From: a virus
Strand: one strand, 5' to 3'
DNA: 64,000 nt
Virus record (IMG/VR): IMGVR_UViG_3300042879_004946
Coordinates: 32,001 to 96,000 of that record
Shown: piece by piece, positions 9,636-18,894 of the stretch
Layout of the letters: each line of letters begins with the position of its first letter
How positions within the stretch are numbered: position 1 is the stretch's first letter
The notes under the pieces: generated by a model
Databases searched by the model: none
The model's input: the letters and a program-made list of their open reading frames with translations, nothing else
What the model was told of the DNA's origin: nothing
Translations under genes and position numbers: made by a program

Positions 9636-10016
9636 ATGAAGCTTTACTCTATTCTAAATGAACTTATTTTAGAAGCAGCTTCAGATACTGAGGTTAGTGA
9701 TGCTATTGTTAAACACAACAGGGTTAAAATAAGATATGAGGAACCAGATGGTCGATATAGTACTCGTTATTTGGAATCTTATGTTTTAGGGCTTTCTAAA
9801 GCCGGTAATCCAATTGTAAGAGCATATCAATACGCTGGTGACACTAACACAGAAATAGGCTGGAAAACATTTAGATTAGATAGAATAATGGATTGGGAGG
9901 AAATGAACGAAAGGCCATTTACAAACCCAATTTCAGATAGAATAAGTGGGATACCAAAATATAATCGTTTTGGTGACCGTAGTATGATAAGTATAAATAA
10001 ACAAGCAAGATTTTAA
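9636..10016 (+). CDS. Stand-alone WYL-domain-like protein
   Basis: VKIRY..R.LE.Y.LG..RAY..WKTFRLDRI matches the WYL fold signature; ATG at 9636. Confidence 0.7.
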   Translation: MKLYSILNELILEAASDTEVSDAIVKHNRVKIRYEEPDGRYSTRYLESYVLGLSKAGNPIVRAYQYAGDTNTEIGWKTFRLDRIMDWEEMNERPFTNPISDRISGIPKYNRFGDRSMISINKQARF

Positions 10017-10017
10017 A

Positions 10018-10656
10018 ATGGATCCTAAATTATTAGCAATTCTCAAGAAGGCAAAAGCAATTGATAAAGCCGCAGAAAAGTTTGATACCGGTGCGGTAAA
10101 AAGATCACAAACACCTGGTTTAACAAATGATAGAAATGTAATGTCTGAAAGTTACTCCGACTATAACACGTCGATAAACGAAAGCGTTGAAGTAGGCAGT
10201 GAAATGTACCGAGAAAAAGTACAAAGTTCCAAATTACCTGCAGCAATTCAAAAAGCGATGTTAGAAAATCCAATACCACAATTAAACCCAATGAGTGATA
10301 TTGACGATGAAGCTATTAGAGAATTACGTGGCGTTGCCCCAGTTAAAGAATCGGTTAGAAAACCTGTTTACAGTGAAGACGACGAAATTGATATGTTTGC
10401 ACAACCAACAAAAAAACCAGAAATTAAAAAAAGAAAAATGGTAACTGAAAATTTTGAAACAAGTTCAGTTAATGTTGATGAAGCACATTTAAGAAAATTA
10501 ATTGCGTCGGAAATTTCAAAAGCTTTACCTAAAATAATTGAGAATTATTTTGAATCTAGGTTGGTTAAAGAAAATGTTCAGTTTAAAGCTGGCAATACAA
10601 TTTTTTCTGGAAATGTTATGCCAATGCCTAATATAAAAAAAAGGAATAACAATTAA
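10018..10656 (+). CDS. Hypothetical protein
   Basis: 212-aa ORF in the same operon. Confidence 0.75.
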   Translation: MDPKLLAILKKAKAIDKAAEKFDTGAVKRSQTPGLTNDRNVMSESYSDYNTSINESVEVGSEMYREKVQSSKLPAAIQKAMLENPIPQLNPMSDIDDEAIRELRGVAPVKESVRKPVYSEDDEIDMFAQPTKKPEIKKRKMVTENFETSSVNVDEAHLRKLIASEISKALPKIIENYFESRLVKENVQFKAGNTIFSGNVMPMPNIKKRNNN

Positions 10657-10672
10657 ATAAAAAAAAGAAACT

Positions 10673-10732
10673 ATGACAACAAAAGGCTGTGGTTGCAAAG
10701 GTAACAAAGGAACCCCAAAAGGTAAAAAATAA
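10673..10732 (+). CDS. Putative 19-aa Cys/Lys microprotein MTTKGCGCKGNKGTPKGKK
   Basis: ATG after an A-rich leader; fills the gap between the 10656 stop and the terminator; not in the ORF track. Confidence 0.5.
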   Translation: MTTKGCGCKGNKGTPKGKK

Positions 10733-10746
10733 CCTTTACAAAAAAG

Positions 10747-10777
10747 AAAAAAACCCCACTATTATGTGGGGTTTTTT
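10747..10777 (+). terminator. Intrinsic terminator
   Basis: A-tract, CCCCAC-TATTAT-GTGGGG hairpin, TTTTTT. Confidence 0.8.
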
Positions 10778-10804
10778 ATTGCATTAAAATTAAATAAAAT
10801 ATAT

Positions 10805-12124
10805 ATGAAAGATAAAATTAAAGTATTAGTTATTTGTTCAGACCGTTCAGGTGTGGCAAAGTTTAGGTCGTTAGATCCACATTTAAGATTACAAGAAATG
10901 TATCCAGATGATTTTTTTGTGGATATTATAACAGCAGGTATTGATAGTATTAACTGGGATGATGATAACTATTTAAAGAGTTTTCATATTGTTCATTTTC
11001 ATAGAACAATAACCGACAATGTTAATGGGCAATTACAACCAGTTTACGGTGAAAATGCAAAAAGAATTTTTAATAAATTTAAAAAATTTGGCATAATTTC
11101 AGTTATGGATATTGATGATTACTGGATGCCATCACCTGATCACCCTGCATACGTAATGTTAAAACAAGCAAAATTAGATGAACTCATTAAAAGTAATTTT
11201 CCGTTAGTTGATTATGTCACAACAACAACTAAAATTTTTGCAGATGAAATTAGAAAATACAATAAAAACGTTATTGTTATTCCAAATGCTATAAACCCAG
11301 AGGAACCACAATTTCAAAAAAAATTGGTCACAAGTGATAAAAAATTTCGTATTGGTTGGTTAGGTGGTAGTTCACATTTAGAAGATTTGCGTTTAATAAA
11401 ACAAGGTTTAAATGTTTGGATGGCGTCTGAAGAAGCTAAAGATACACAATTGGTTTTATGTGGTTTTGATACTCGTGGTAGCATGACCGAAAATAACCCG
11501 CAGACTGGAGAACAAAAAACCAGAAAAATCTTACCACATGAAAGTGTTTGGGCTCGTTATGAAGAACTTTTTACCGATGATTATAAAATATTGAGTCCAG
11601 AGTATAAAAAACATCTTTTAAAATATTCACAAGAAGATGATTTTAAAGACATTAATGAACCTTATCGTCGTGTTTGGACAAAACCAATTACAACATATGC
11701 TTCTAATTACAATTCTTTTGAGATTTCTTTAGCTCCTTTAAAAGAACATATGTTTAATAAAGTAAAATCACAATTAAAAGTTATTGAGGCTGGATTCCAT
11801 AAAAAGGCTTTAATCGCTCAAAATTACGGGCCTTATACTATTGATTTGGTAAATGTTATGGAGTTTGGTGGCAAAATTAACGAAAAAGGTAATGCAATTT
11901 TAATTGATTCTGGAAAAAATCACAGTGATTGGTTAAAAGCAATTAAATTATTACACAGAAACCCACAGCTTATTGAAATAATGGGAGAAAATTTATATCT
12001 TTGTGTCAAGGAAAAATATCATATTGATGTGACCACAAAAACAAGGTCAGATTTTTATTCCGAAATTGTAAAAAGAAATCAAAAAGAAACACAAGAACTA
12101 ATAACCGAAAGCAATGCAATTTAA
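10805..12124 (+). CDS. Glycosyltransferase (GT-B/GT4-like)
   Basis: MDIDDYW, IPNAI, IGWLGGSSH, LAPL..FN..KSQLKVIEAG; the 10766 GTG lies inside the terminator, so ATG 10805 is preferred. Confidence 0.75.
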   Translation: MKDKIKVLVICSDRSGVAKFRSLDPHLRLQEMYPDDFFVDIITAGIDSINWDDDNYLKSFHIVHFHRTITDNVNGQLQPVYGENAKRIFNKFKKFGIISVMDIDDYWMPSPDHPAYVMLKQAKLDELIKSNFPLVDYVTTTTKIFADEIRKYNKNVIVIPNAINPEEPQFQKKLVTSDKKFRIGWLGGSSHLEDLRLIKQGLNVWMASEEAKDTQLVLCGFDTRGSMTENNPQTGEQKTRKILPHESVWARYEELFTDDYKILSPEYKKHLLKYSQEDDFKDINEPYRRVWTKPITTYASNYNSFEISLAPLKEHMFNKVKSQLKVIEAGFHKKALIAQNYGPYTIDLVNVMEFGGKINEKGNAILIDSGKNHSDWLKAIKLLHRNPQLIEIMGENLYLCVKEKYHIDVTTKTRSDFYSEIVKRNQKETQELITESNAI

Positions 12125-12821
12125 CATCGAAAAACTACTATTTTTTGACATCGAAAGTGTAAGTCAATACGAATTTCTTAAAGATTTGCCTGAAGAAGAT
12201 TATAAACAATGGTTATCTTATTATGATAACTTTAGAGAAAGAGTGACCGATGAAAATCGAATCACTAAAAAAATGGCTGAAGAAGAAGTTAAGCAAGAAG
12301 TTTATAGACAAACTGCGGCATTCTTCCCTGAATTTGGTAAGGTCGCCTGTATTTCTATGGCCTTTGTAACTAAAGACGGTAAAGTTAAATTTGAATCTTT
12401 TTGTGGTCAAGATGAAGTTGAAATCTTAATGAACACTCGTAAAATTTTTGACAAGGTAGAAACTTTAGGTTTTGAACTTTGTGGTCAAAATATTAAAAAT
12501 TTTGATATCCCATTTTTAGCGAAAAGATACGTTATTAACGGGTTAAAACCACCAAAGTTGTTTCCAAACCACAACACTAAACCTTGGGAGTTAAAAGTTG
12601 TCGATACCAGAGACGTTTGGAATTTTGGCGGTAAGAGCATTGGTTCTTTGGATTTGATATGTAGTGTTTTAAAAGTTGATTCTCCTAAAAACGGTGAAGT
12701 TAAGGGTGATAGTGTGACTACTAATTTTTGGGAAGGTAAATACGAAGAAATTAAAACTTATTGTCAAAAAGACGTTAAAGCTTTAGTAGATATTATAACA
12801 AAATTTAATAATTTAAAATGA
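12114..12821 (+). CDS. PolB-type 3'-5' exonuclease (DnaQ-like, stand-alone)
   Basis: FFDIES, GQNIKNFDIPFL, YCQKDV. Confidence 0.8.
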   Translation: MQFNIEKLLFFDIESVSQYEFLKDLPEEDYKQWLSYYDNFRERVTDENRITKKMAEEEVKQEVYRQTAAFFPEFGKVACISMAFVTKDGKVKFESFCGQDEVEILMNTRKIFDKVETLGFELCGQNIKNFDIPFLAKRYVINGLKPPKLFPNHNTKPWELKVVDTRDVWNFGGKSIGSLDLICSVLKVDSPKNGEVKGDSVTTNFWEGKYEEIKTYCQKDVKALVDIITKFNNLK

Positions 12822-13414
12822 AAAGTGATTTAGAAAATTATATTAAAGAATTAGTTCACAGAAAAAAATTAGGTTTAATTTCAAATGACGAAATCACGGA
12901 ATTAGACAGGCTCTTAAATGTAACAAAAAATATGGAATCATCTTTTAAATCTGAAAATGTTGATTGGGGTAAATTACAAATAAAATTTGTAAATCTATCT
13001 GACAACCCTGATCCTATTTGGGCTAAAGAAGGTGATTCTGGTTTTGATTTAAGAGCTAACGAAAGTGGCATATTAAAACCGTTGGAAAGAATGTTAATTT
13101 CTACTGGGTTGTTTTTTGAAATACCTAAAGGATATGATATCGAAGTAAAATCTAGAAGTGGTTTAGCTTTTAAACATGGTATAGGTGTTTTAACTGGTAC
13201 TATAGACCAAAATTACAGAGGTGAAGTAAAAGTACTATTATTTAATATTAGTAATGAAAATTTTGAATTTAAAAAAGGTGATAGAATTGCACAAGCTATT
13301 GTTAGAAATAGAATAAGTGACGATTTTGGTGCCTTAATTAAATTACAAGAGCTAAATCAACTTTCAGAAACTGAACGTGGTTCAGGTGGCTTTGGATCAA
13401 CTGGTAAAAATTAA
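12818..13414 (+). CDS. dut: dUTPase (trimeric)
   Basis: GFDLRA, SRSGLA, GTIDQNYRGE, RIAQ, RGSGGFGSTG. Confidence 0.95.
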   Translation: MKSDLENYIKELVHRKKLGLISNDEITELDRLLNVTKNMESSFKSENVDWGKLQIKFVNLSDNPDPIWAKEGDSGFDLRANESGILKPLERMLISTGLFFEIPKGYDIEVKSRSGLAFKHGIGVLTGTIDQNYRGEVKVLLFNISNENFEFKKGDRIAQAIVRNRISDDFGALIKLQELNQLSETERGSGGFGSTGKN

Positions 13415-13418
13415 TATT

Positions 13419-13724
13419 ATGTCACATTATAGGCCACTACCCGATTACTTAACAATTAAAGCATCAACAATAGATGGCCTTGGTTTGTTTACTAATGTAG
13501 ATATCGACGCTAATTTTGTAATCGGTATTACACATGTTTTAGACAGTCGTTTTGAAGACCACTACATTAGAACACCACTAGGTGGTTTTTTTAACCACTC
13601 AGAAACACCAAATTGTGAAGTTATTTATGATAATGATTTTATAAAATTAAAAACAATTAAGAATATTAAAGCCGGTGAAGAACTAACCTCAAAGTATACA
13701 CTGTATAACCCAATAAAAGAATAA
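13419..13724 (+). CDS. Minimal SET-domain protein
   Basis: S.IDGLGLF, FFNHSETPNC, IKAGEELTSKY; ATG at 13419. Confidence 0.8.
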   Translation: MSHYRPLPDYLTIKASTIDGLGLFTNVDIDANFVIGITHVLDSRFEDHYIRTPLGGFFNHSETPNCEVIYDNDFIKLKTIKNIKAGEELTSKYTLYNPIKE

Positions 13725-13728
13725 AAAT

Positions 13729-13965
13729 ATGAAAATAAAATTAATTGTTATTGTTTTTTCACTTTTTTTGTTGTTAACATCTTGTTTTTCTTTAACGGAT
13801 GTGCCAACGAACAATCTTTATCCTTACCATTATTATAGGCCAAATTGGTATTCGCCTTACTGGTACTCACCTTACTGGCCAAATAATAACTATTACTATT
13901 TAGACCAATACGGTTGGCAATATAGAACTTACCCCAGAGCCTGGAGACACCCTAGAAGAAGATAA
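13729..13965 (+). CDS. Putative Tyr/Trp/Pro-rich lipoprotein
   Basis: MKIK, a hydrophobic stretch, then LLTSC lipobox. Confidence 0.6.
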   Translation: MKIKLIVIVFSLFLLLTSCFSLTDVPTNNLYPYHYYRPNWYSPYWYSPYWPNNNYYYLDQYGWQYRTYPRAWRHPRRR

Positions 13966-13969
13966 AATT

Positions 13970-14461
13970 ATGTCAGTAGTAGCAGTAAAAGTTGAAAAAA
14001 ATAAAATTGTAATTGGTGCTGATTCAGTGCTTATAAATGGTTATACACAAGAAAAAGATAAAATGGCAAAACTGTTCCAAAATGAATGGTTAATTTGCGG
14101 TGATGTCGGTGAGGCCCAAGAAGGTGCTCTTTTTCAAATATTTTCAAAAACAAGAAAACCCAGAGAGGCTTCGGTTGAAGCGGTGACAGAATATCTTTTT
14201 GATTTTTTTTCCTGGAAAAGAGAAAAAACTGATGCCGATAAATTAGAAAATAGTTACATTATTATTTTTAATAAAAAGGTTTTTCTAATTGAAGGTTTTT
14301 ACGTTAAGGAAGTTACGGATTATGCGGCTATTGGTGCTGGGATGGATTTTGCTCTTGCAGCTCTATATCTAGGTTCCTCAGTAAAAGACGCGATTAAAGC
14401 TGCTTGCCATTTATCAATTTTATGTGAAGAACCTGTTAATATTATTACTGTTGAAATTTAA
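13970..14461 (+). CDS. HslV/proteasome-beta-like Ntn hydrolase
   Basis: MSVVAV..IGADS and AIGAGMDFALAAL. Confidence 0.7.
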   Translation: MSVVAVKVEKNKIVIGADSVLINGYTQEKDKMAKLFQNEWLICGDVGEAQEGALFQIFSKTRKPREASVEAVTEYLFDFFSWKREKTDADKLENSYIIIFNKKVFLIEGFYVKEVTDYAAIGAGMDFALAALYLGSSVKDAIKAACHLSILCEEPVNIITVEI

Positions 14462-14473
14462 AAAATAAAAAAT

Positions 14474-14647
14474 ATGGAAAATTTATACGATTATTATTTT
14501 CACTACAACACTTACACAAAAGAGTGGAATGCTTTTTTAAGAACCGAAAATTCAAAATATCTGAATGGTGAAGCCAAAATTTATAGTGACGAAGATATTA
14601 ATAATTTGATTAAAAAAATCAAAGAAGTAGAAAAAGTAGAATCTTAA
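14474..14647 (+). CDS. Hypothetical 57-aa protein (not in ORF track)
   Basis: MENLYDYYFHYNTYTKEWNAF...; its TAA overlaps the ATG of the next gene. Confidence 0.65.
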   Translation: MENLYDYYFHYNTYTKEWNAFLRTENSKYLNGEAKIYSDEDINNLIKKIKEVEKVES

Positions 14648-16233
14648 TGGTAAGTGTTGTTTACTCAACTAGGAAACCCAATAAAGAGTTTCAAGAGTAC
14701 ATTAAAAAAACCATTGGTTTAAAAGATTTTGAAATCTATGAAATTGTTAACAATGGTCAAAAATCTTTAACCCAATGTTATAATGAAGGGTTAGATAATA
14801 CCAAAAATAACATTGTTGTTTTTTGTCACGATGATATTCTTTTAAAAGAAGGTTGGGGTAAAAAAATTATAAAACATTTTCAAAATACTGATTATGGTAT
14901 TTTGGGGATGGCAGGAACTACCGACATGGCAGAAACAGGTCGTTGGTGGGAAGATCAATCAAAAATGGTTGGCATTGTTTCTCATTCTCACCAAGGAAAA
15001 ACCTGGGAAAATAGGTATTCTGAAAATTTTGGTGATGATATTATTGAAACAGTGATTCTTGATGGTTTATTTTTTGTTGCCCATAAAGACAGAATTAAAA
15101 AAAGATTTGATGAATCATTTAAAGGTTTTCATCTTTATGATGTTGATTTTACGTTTAATAACCATTTAAATGGTGTTAAAGTTGGGGTTATGTTTGATAT
15201 TAAGATAACCCATAAATCAATTGGGATGACCAACGAAGAGTGGGAAAAAAACCGTGAACAGTTTGTCCAAAAATATAAGGGTAAACTTCCCTATAAAATT
15301 AAACCTGAATTAAGGTATGAAACTAAATTTAAAGCTTTAAAAGAATACCCTAAGTTATCCATTATAATCCCAACCAAAGGTAACATAGATTTAGTTAAAC
15401 AATGTGTTGACTCACTTTATAAACAAGGTGGATATATTGGTATGGCAATGAGAACTATTATTGCTGACACTGGCTCAACACCTGAAGAATTAGCTGAGTT
15501 AAAAGATTATGTAGATGGGTTACAGTTTAAGTCGGATCAACATTACTGGGTTAAAATAGTTGAATACGACTTTTATAATTTTGCAGTTATTAACAATGAT
15601 GTGGTAGAAAACCATATTGAAAAAGATACAGAAGTTTTATTGTTCTGCAATAATGATATCAAAGTCGTTAACAATGCCATCAACTTAATGGTGGGTACTT
15701 ATCTTAAAAACAAAAAAACAGTTGGTACTATTGGTGCTCGTTTACATTTTGGTGACAATACGGTACAACATTCAGGTATTAGAGTTTTTTTAAATCAAGA
15801 ACCAAATGGTATGTATCGAATAATGTTAACACACAAAGGTTTAAAAAGTTATTATTCTTTCTATGGTGACAATAGAAAAATATTTGGTAATACTGGTGCG
15901 TTTTTAATGATTAACAAAGAATTATTTTTAAAAATTGGCGGCTTTAATACGAACTATAGAGAATGTTTTGAAGATGTCGAATTAAATATTCAATGTTTAA
16001 ACCATAATAAAGAAAATATTTTTTGTGGTGATGCAGTTTGTTATCACTATGAAAGTCAAACCAGAAACAAAGATGAAAAAAAGGCCAGAAGAGAATATGA
16101 AGATTATTCAAGACTATTAATCCCTTTTGTTGTTAATAATAAAAAAACTTATCATTATTTTGATAATATTGATGCCAAAAATTTAGATCACATTATTAAA
16201 ATATCAGATGAGTTAAAACAATTTTTAAGATAG
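14647..16233 (+). CDS. Two-domain glycosyltransferase (GT2-like plus GT2)
   Basis: FCHDDI, LDGLF, FHLYDVD; SIIIPT, FCNND, TGAFLMI, FEDVEL. Confidence 0.85.
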   Translation: MVSVVYSTRKPNKEFQEYIKKTIGLKDFEIYEIVNNGQKSLTQCYNEGLDNTKNNIVVFCHDDILLKEGWGKKIIKHFQNTDYGILGMAGTTDMAETGRWWEDQSKMVGIVSHSHQGKTWENRYSENFGDDIIETVILDGLFFVAHKDRIKKRFDESFKGFHLYDVDFTFNNHLNGVKVGVMFDIKITHKSIGMTNEEWEKNREQFVQKYKGKLPYKIKPELRYETKFKALKEYPKLSIIIPTKGNIDLVKQCVDSLYKQGGYIGMAMRTIIADTGSTPEELAELKDYVDGLQFKSDQHYWVKIVEYDFYNFAVINNDVVENHIEKDTEVLLFCNNDIKVVNNAINLMVGTYLKNKKTVGTIGARLHFGDNTVQHSGIRVFLNQEPNGMYRIMLTHKGLKSYYSFYGDNRKIFGNTGAFLMINKELFLKIGGFNTNYRECFEDVELNIQCLNHNKENIFCGDAVCYHYESQTRNKDEKKARREYEDYSRLLIPFVVNNKKTYHYFDNIDAKNLDHIIKISDELKQFLR

Positions 16234-16239
16234 AATAAA

Positions 16240-16269
16240 TTTACATTTTTAAAAAAAAAATTAATTTTA
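16240..16269 (+). promoter_or_regulatory. Putative early promoter TTTACA-N16-TAATTTTA
   Basis: Same architecture as 4882, 31754 and 41103. Confidence 0.4.
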
Positions 16270-16273
16270 AATT

Positions 16274-16675
16274 ATGGGACACCTTATACAAAACTTTAAA
16301 ACAAAAAAAATAGAAGATATTATTGAGAACTGGGAACACACAGGTCTAATATCTAATGAAATGGTAAAAAATAAACAAAATGTTGCACTTTCTTATGAGT
16401 TAACCGCGTTGTATCTTTTATCAAAAAGTGATTTTGATAGTGACAAAAACGACCTATCAACATTAATTTTCCCTGTTATGTGTAGGATTTTTAGTAAATA
16501 CGAGGAAAATTTAACAACTGATACCATTTTTGAAGAGGTTGTTAAAATAATAAAAGAATTCCAAACAAAATTAGAATCTACCGACAAAACTGAATGGTTA
16601 AAACCTTTTGTGGATACTGATTATGAGGCAGAATTTATTGTCGATTTCTGTGCTAATTATAGTATAAAAAAATAA
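16274..16675 (+). CDS. Small protein resembling the N-terminus of the major capsid protein
   Basis: WEHTGL..NVALSYE..TLIFPVMCRIFSK versus capsid WESLGF..NIALLYE..TVVFPIVRRVFSK. Confidence 0.7.
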   Translation: MGHLIQNFKTKKIEDIIENWEHTGLISNEMVKNKQNVALSYELTALYLLSKSDFDSDKNDLSTLIFPVMCRIFSKYEENLTTDTIFEEVVKIIKEFQTKLESTDKTEWLKPFVDTDYEAEFIVDFCANYSIKK

Positions 16676-16680
16676 AATAT

Positions 16681-17454
16681 ATGAAATTAGGGGTATCTTA
16701 CAACTTATGGGATGGTGAAGAGTTATTAGAAGGTTCTATTAAACAAATAAGGCAACATGTGGATTACATAAGTGTTGTTTATCAAACAATATCAAATTTT
16801 GGTAACCCGTGTAACCCTGAATTGGTTCCACTTTTAGAAAGATTAAAATCAGAGGGTTTAGTAGATGAATTATTTGAATATTCACCTAAAATCAATAAAG
16901 GTGGACATTTCAATGAAATTCAAAAAAGAAATATTGGGTTATCCTTATCTCAAGGTGCCGGATGTACACATCATATGTCTATGGATTCTGACGAATATTA
17001 TATCACGTCAGAATTTGAGAATCTTAAAAAAATAGTAGAAGATGGTGATTACGATTCCTCTTATTGTCAAATGCAAACTTACTACAAATCTTGGGAATAC
17101 GCTTTAGACCCTCCAGAAACCTATTACGTCTCATTAATATTTAAAATCAAAAATGAATCTAATTATGTTATCGGAGCTCCGGTACCAGTTTTGGTTGACC
17201 CAACAAGAAGAATGTCACCCAGTGATAAACCATTGGTTTTAAAACGTGAACAAATACAAATGCATCATGGTTCTTATATTAGAAATGATATAAGAATTAA
17301 ACTAACCAATAGTTCAGCTTCTGTTAATTTTAATAAAGATATTAATAGAATTGTTAGTCATTATGCTAATTGGAGATACCCCCAAAAAGTATTATGGGGT
17401 GGATTACCAAGTACATTACATAAAGTTAAAAAAGTTGAGGGTTTATTTGTATGA
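16681..17454 (+). CDS. Glycosyltransferase-like (GT-A)
   Basis: DGEELLEGSI, KRNIGL, SMDSDEYY (DxD). Confidence 0.65.
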   Translation: MKLGVSYNLWDGEELLEGSIKQIRQHVDYISVVYQTISNFGNPCNPELVPLLERLKSEGLVDELFEYSPKINKGGHFNEIQKRNIGLSLSQGAGCTHHMSMDSDEYYITSEFENLKKIVEDGDYDSSYCQMQTYYKSWEYALDPPETYYVSLIFKIKNESNYVIGAPVPVLVDPTRRMSPSDKPLVLKREQIQMHHGSYIRNDIRIKLTNSSASVNFNKDINRIVSHYANWRYPQKVLWGGLPSTLHKVKKVEGLFV

Positions 17455-18089
17455 AATTAAATGATTTTTTTGATGGTATATACTGTATTAACCTTGATGA
17501 ACGAACAGATAGATGGGGGCAAGCCCAAAAAGAATTCAGGAAATTAGGCATTACCGATGTTAATAGATTTTCAGCAATAAAACACGAAAAAGGGGCTATC
17601 GGTTGTAGAGAAAGTCATTTAGGTGTTATTACTGAGGCTAAGAAACTAGGTCTTAAAAATGTCCTTATCTTTGAAGATGACTTATTGGTGATTGGTGAAG
17701 ACGTAAAGAAGTTAGAAGAGACATTAAACGACATCGAAGAACTTGATTGGGATTTATTTTATTTGGGTGCTACTGTGGACCCTAACGTTAGTAGGTTACA
17801 GTATGTGACCCCTAATGTCGTTAAAACAAATTTCGCTTATACTACCCACGCGTACGCTATTAATAGTACAGCTTTCGATACAATTTTAGAACAAGCCCCA
17901 TACCATGGGATAATAGACGTTTTCTATTGTCGACACATAATACCAAGAGGTAAGTCATATATAATAAACCCAATGATGTGTATTCAACAAGAGAGTTGGA
18001 GTGATATAGAAAAACACCACGCTGACTATTGGTGGATGGTCGACTTTTTTAATCAAATTAAATTAAAAAGCGGTATTAATGATAACTAG
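17451..18089 (+). CDS. Glycosyltransferase family 25
   Basis: INLDERTDR, GCRESH, IFEDD, THAYAI. Confidence 0.85.
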   Translation: MKLNDFFDGIYCINLDERTDRWGQAQKEFRKLGITDVNRFSAIKHEKGAIGCRESHLGVITEAKKLGLKNVLIFEDDLLVIGEDVKKLEETLNDIEELDWDLFYLGATVDPNVSRLQYVTPNVVKTNFAYTTHAYAINSTAFDTILEQAPYHGIIDVFYCRHIIPRGKSYIINPMMCIQQESWSDIEKHHADYWWMVDFFNQIKLKSGINDN

Positions 18090-18894
18090 TTATTTACAGG
18101 GTGGATTAGGTAATCAAATGTTTCAAATAGCTGCTGCCTATGCTCACGCTAAAAAAAATTATGATACAGCAGTATTCGATTTAAATAATTCATATACACC
18201 ACACCAAGGTCAAAATATTTCCAAGTATAAAACTAATATATTTAATGGTTTTAATCATATGGATAATGTTTATGATTTATGTAATAACACATTTACACAA
18301 CCAAGTCATTCATATTGTGATATTCCGTATTTTAATAACCAACAATTACAAGGATACTTTCAATCTGAAAAATTTTTTATAAATAATAAAACTGAGTTGA
18401 TAAATTTGTTTATCGAAGGATTAAAATCACATAAATCTTGGTTCGAAGTTGAAAAGGATTTTAAAGACATTAGACTGTTATTACGTGGGGAAATACCCAT
18501 AGTATCGATACATATTAGACGAGGTGATTACCTTAAATTTTTAGGGATACATGACCCCTGTCCTATTGAATACTATCAAGAGTCTATCAAATTAATGAAG
18601 GATAAAATAGGTAATTTCCAACCTTATTTCATATCAGATGATATAGAGTGGTGCAAAACAGCTTTCAATGGTATTGGTATGTATTCTAATAAAAAAGACG
18701 AATTAGAAGACATGATTATAATGTTAAATTGTGATCATAATATAATCGCTAACAGTAGTTTTAGTTGGTGGGGGGCTTATTTAAATAATAATAATAATAA
18801 AATTGTCATTGGACCTGAAAAATGGTTTGGACATTACGGGCCAAAAGACCAAGATGATATAATACCAATTAATTGGATTAAAATATGGAAATAA
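18079..18894 (+). CDS. Alpha-1,2-fucosyltransferase-like (GT11)
   Basis: GGLGNQMFQ, GYFQSE, HIRRGDY, IIANSSFSWWGAYL. Confidence 0.9.
   Translation: MITSYLQGGLGNQMFQIAAAYAHAKKNYDTAVFDLNNSYTPHQGQNISKYKTNIFNGFNHMDNVYDLCNNTFTQPSHSYCDIPYFNNQQLQGYFQSEKFFINNKTELINLFIEGLKSHKSWFEVEKDFKDIRLLLRGEIPIVSIHIRRGDYLKFLGIHDPCPIEYYQESIKLMKDKIGNFQPYFISDDIEWCKTAFNGIGMYSNKKDELEDMIIMLNCDHNIIANSSFSWWGAYLNNNNNKIVIGPEKWFGHYGPKDQDDIIPINWIKIWK

Noticed and set aside
10766-10804. Track starts at 10766, 4087, 9627, 13377, 22407, 37309, 41173 and 63858
   Set aside because: These are GTG/TTG-type or otherwise upstream starts that overlap terminators, promoters or neighbouring genes; downstream ATGs fit better
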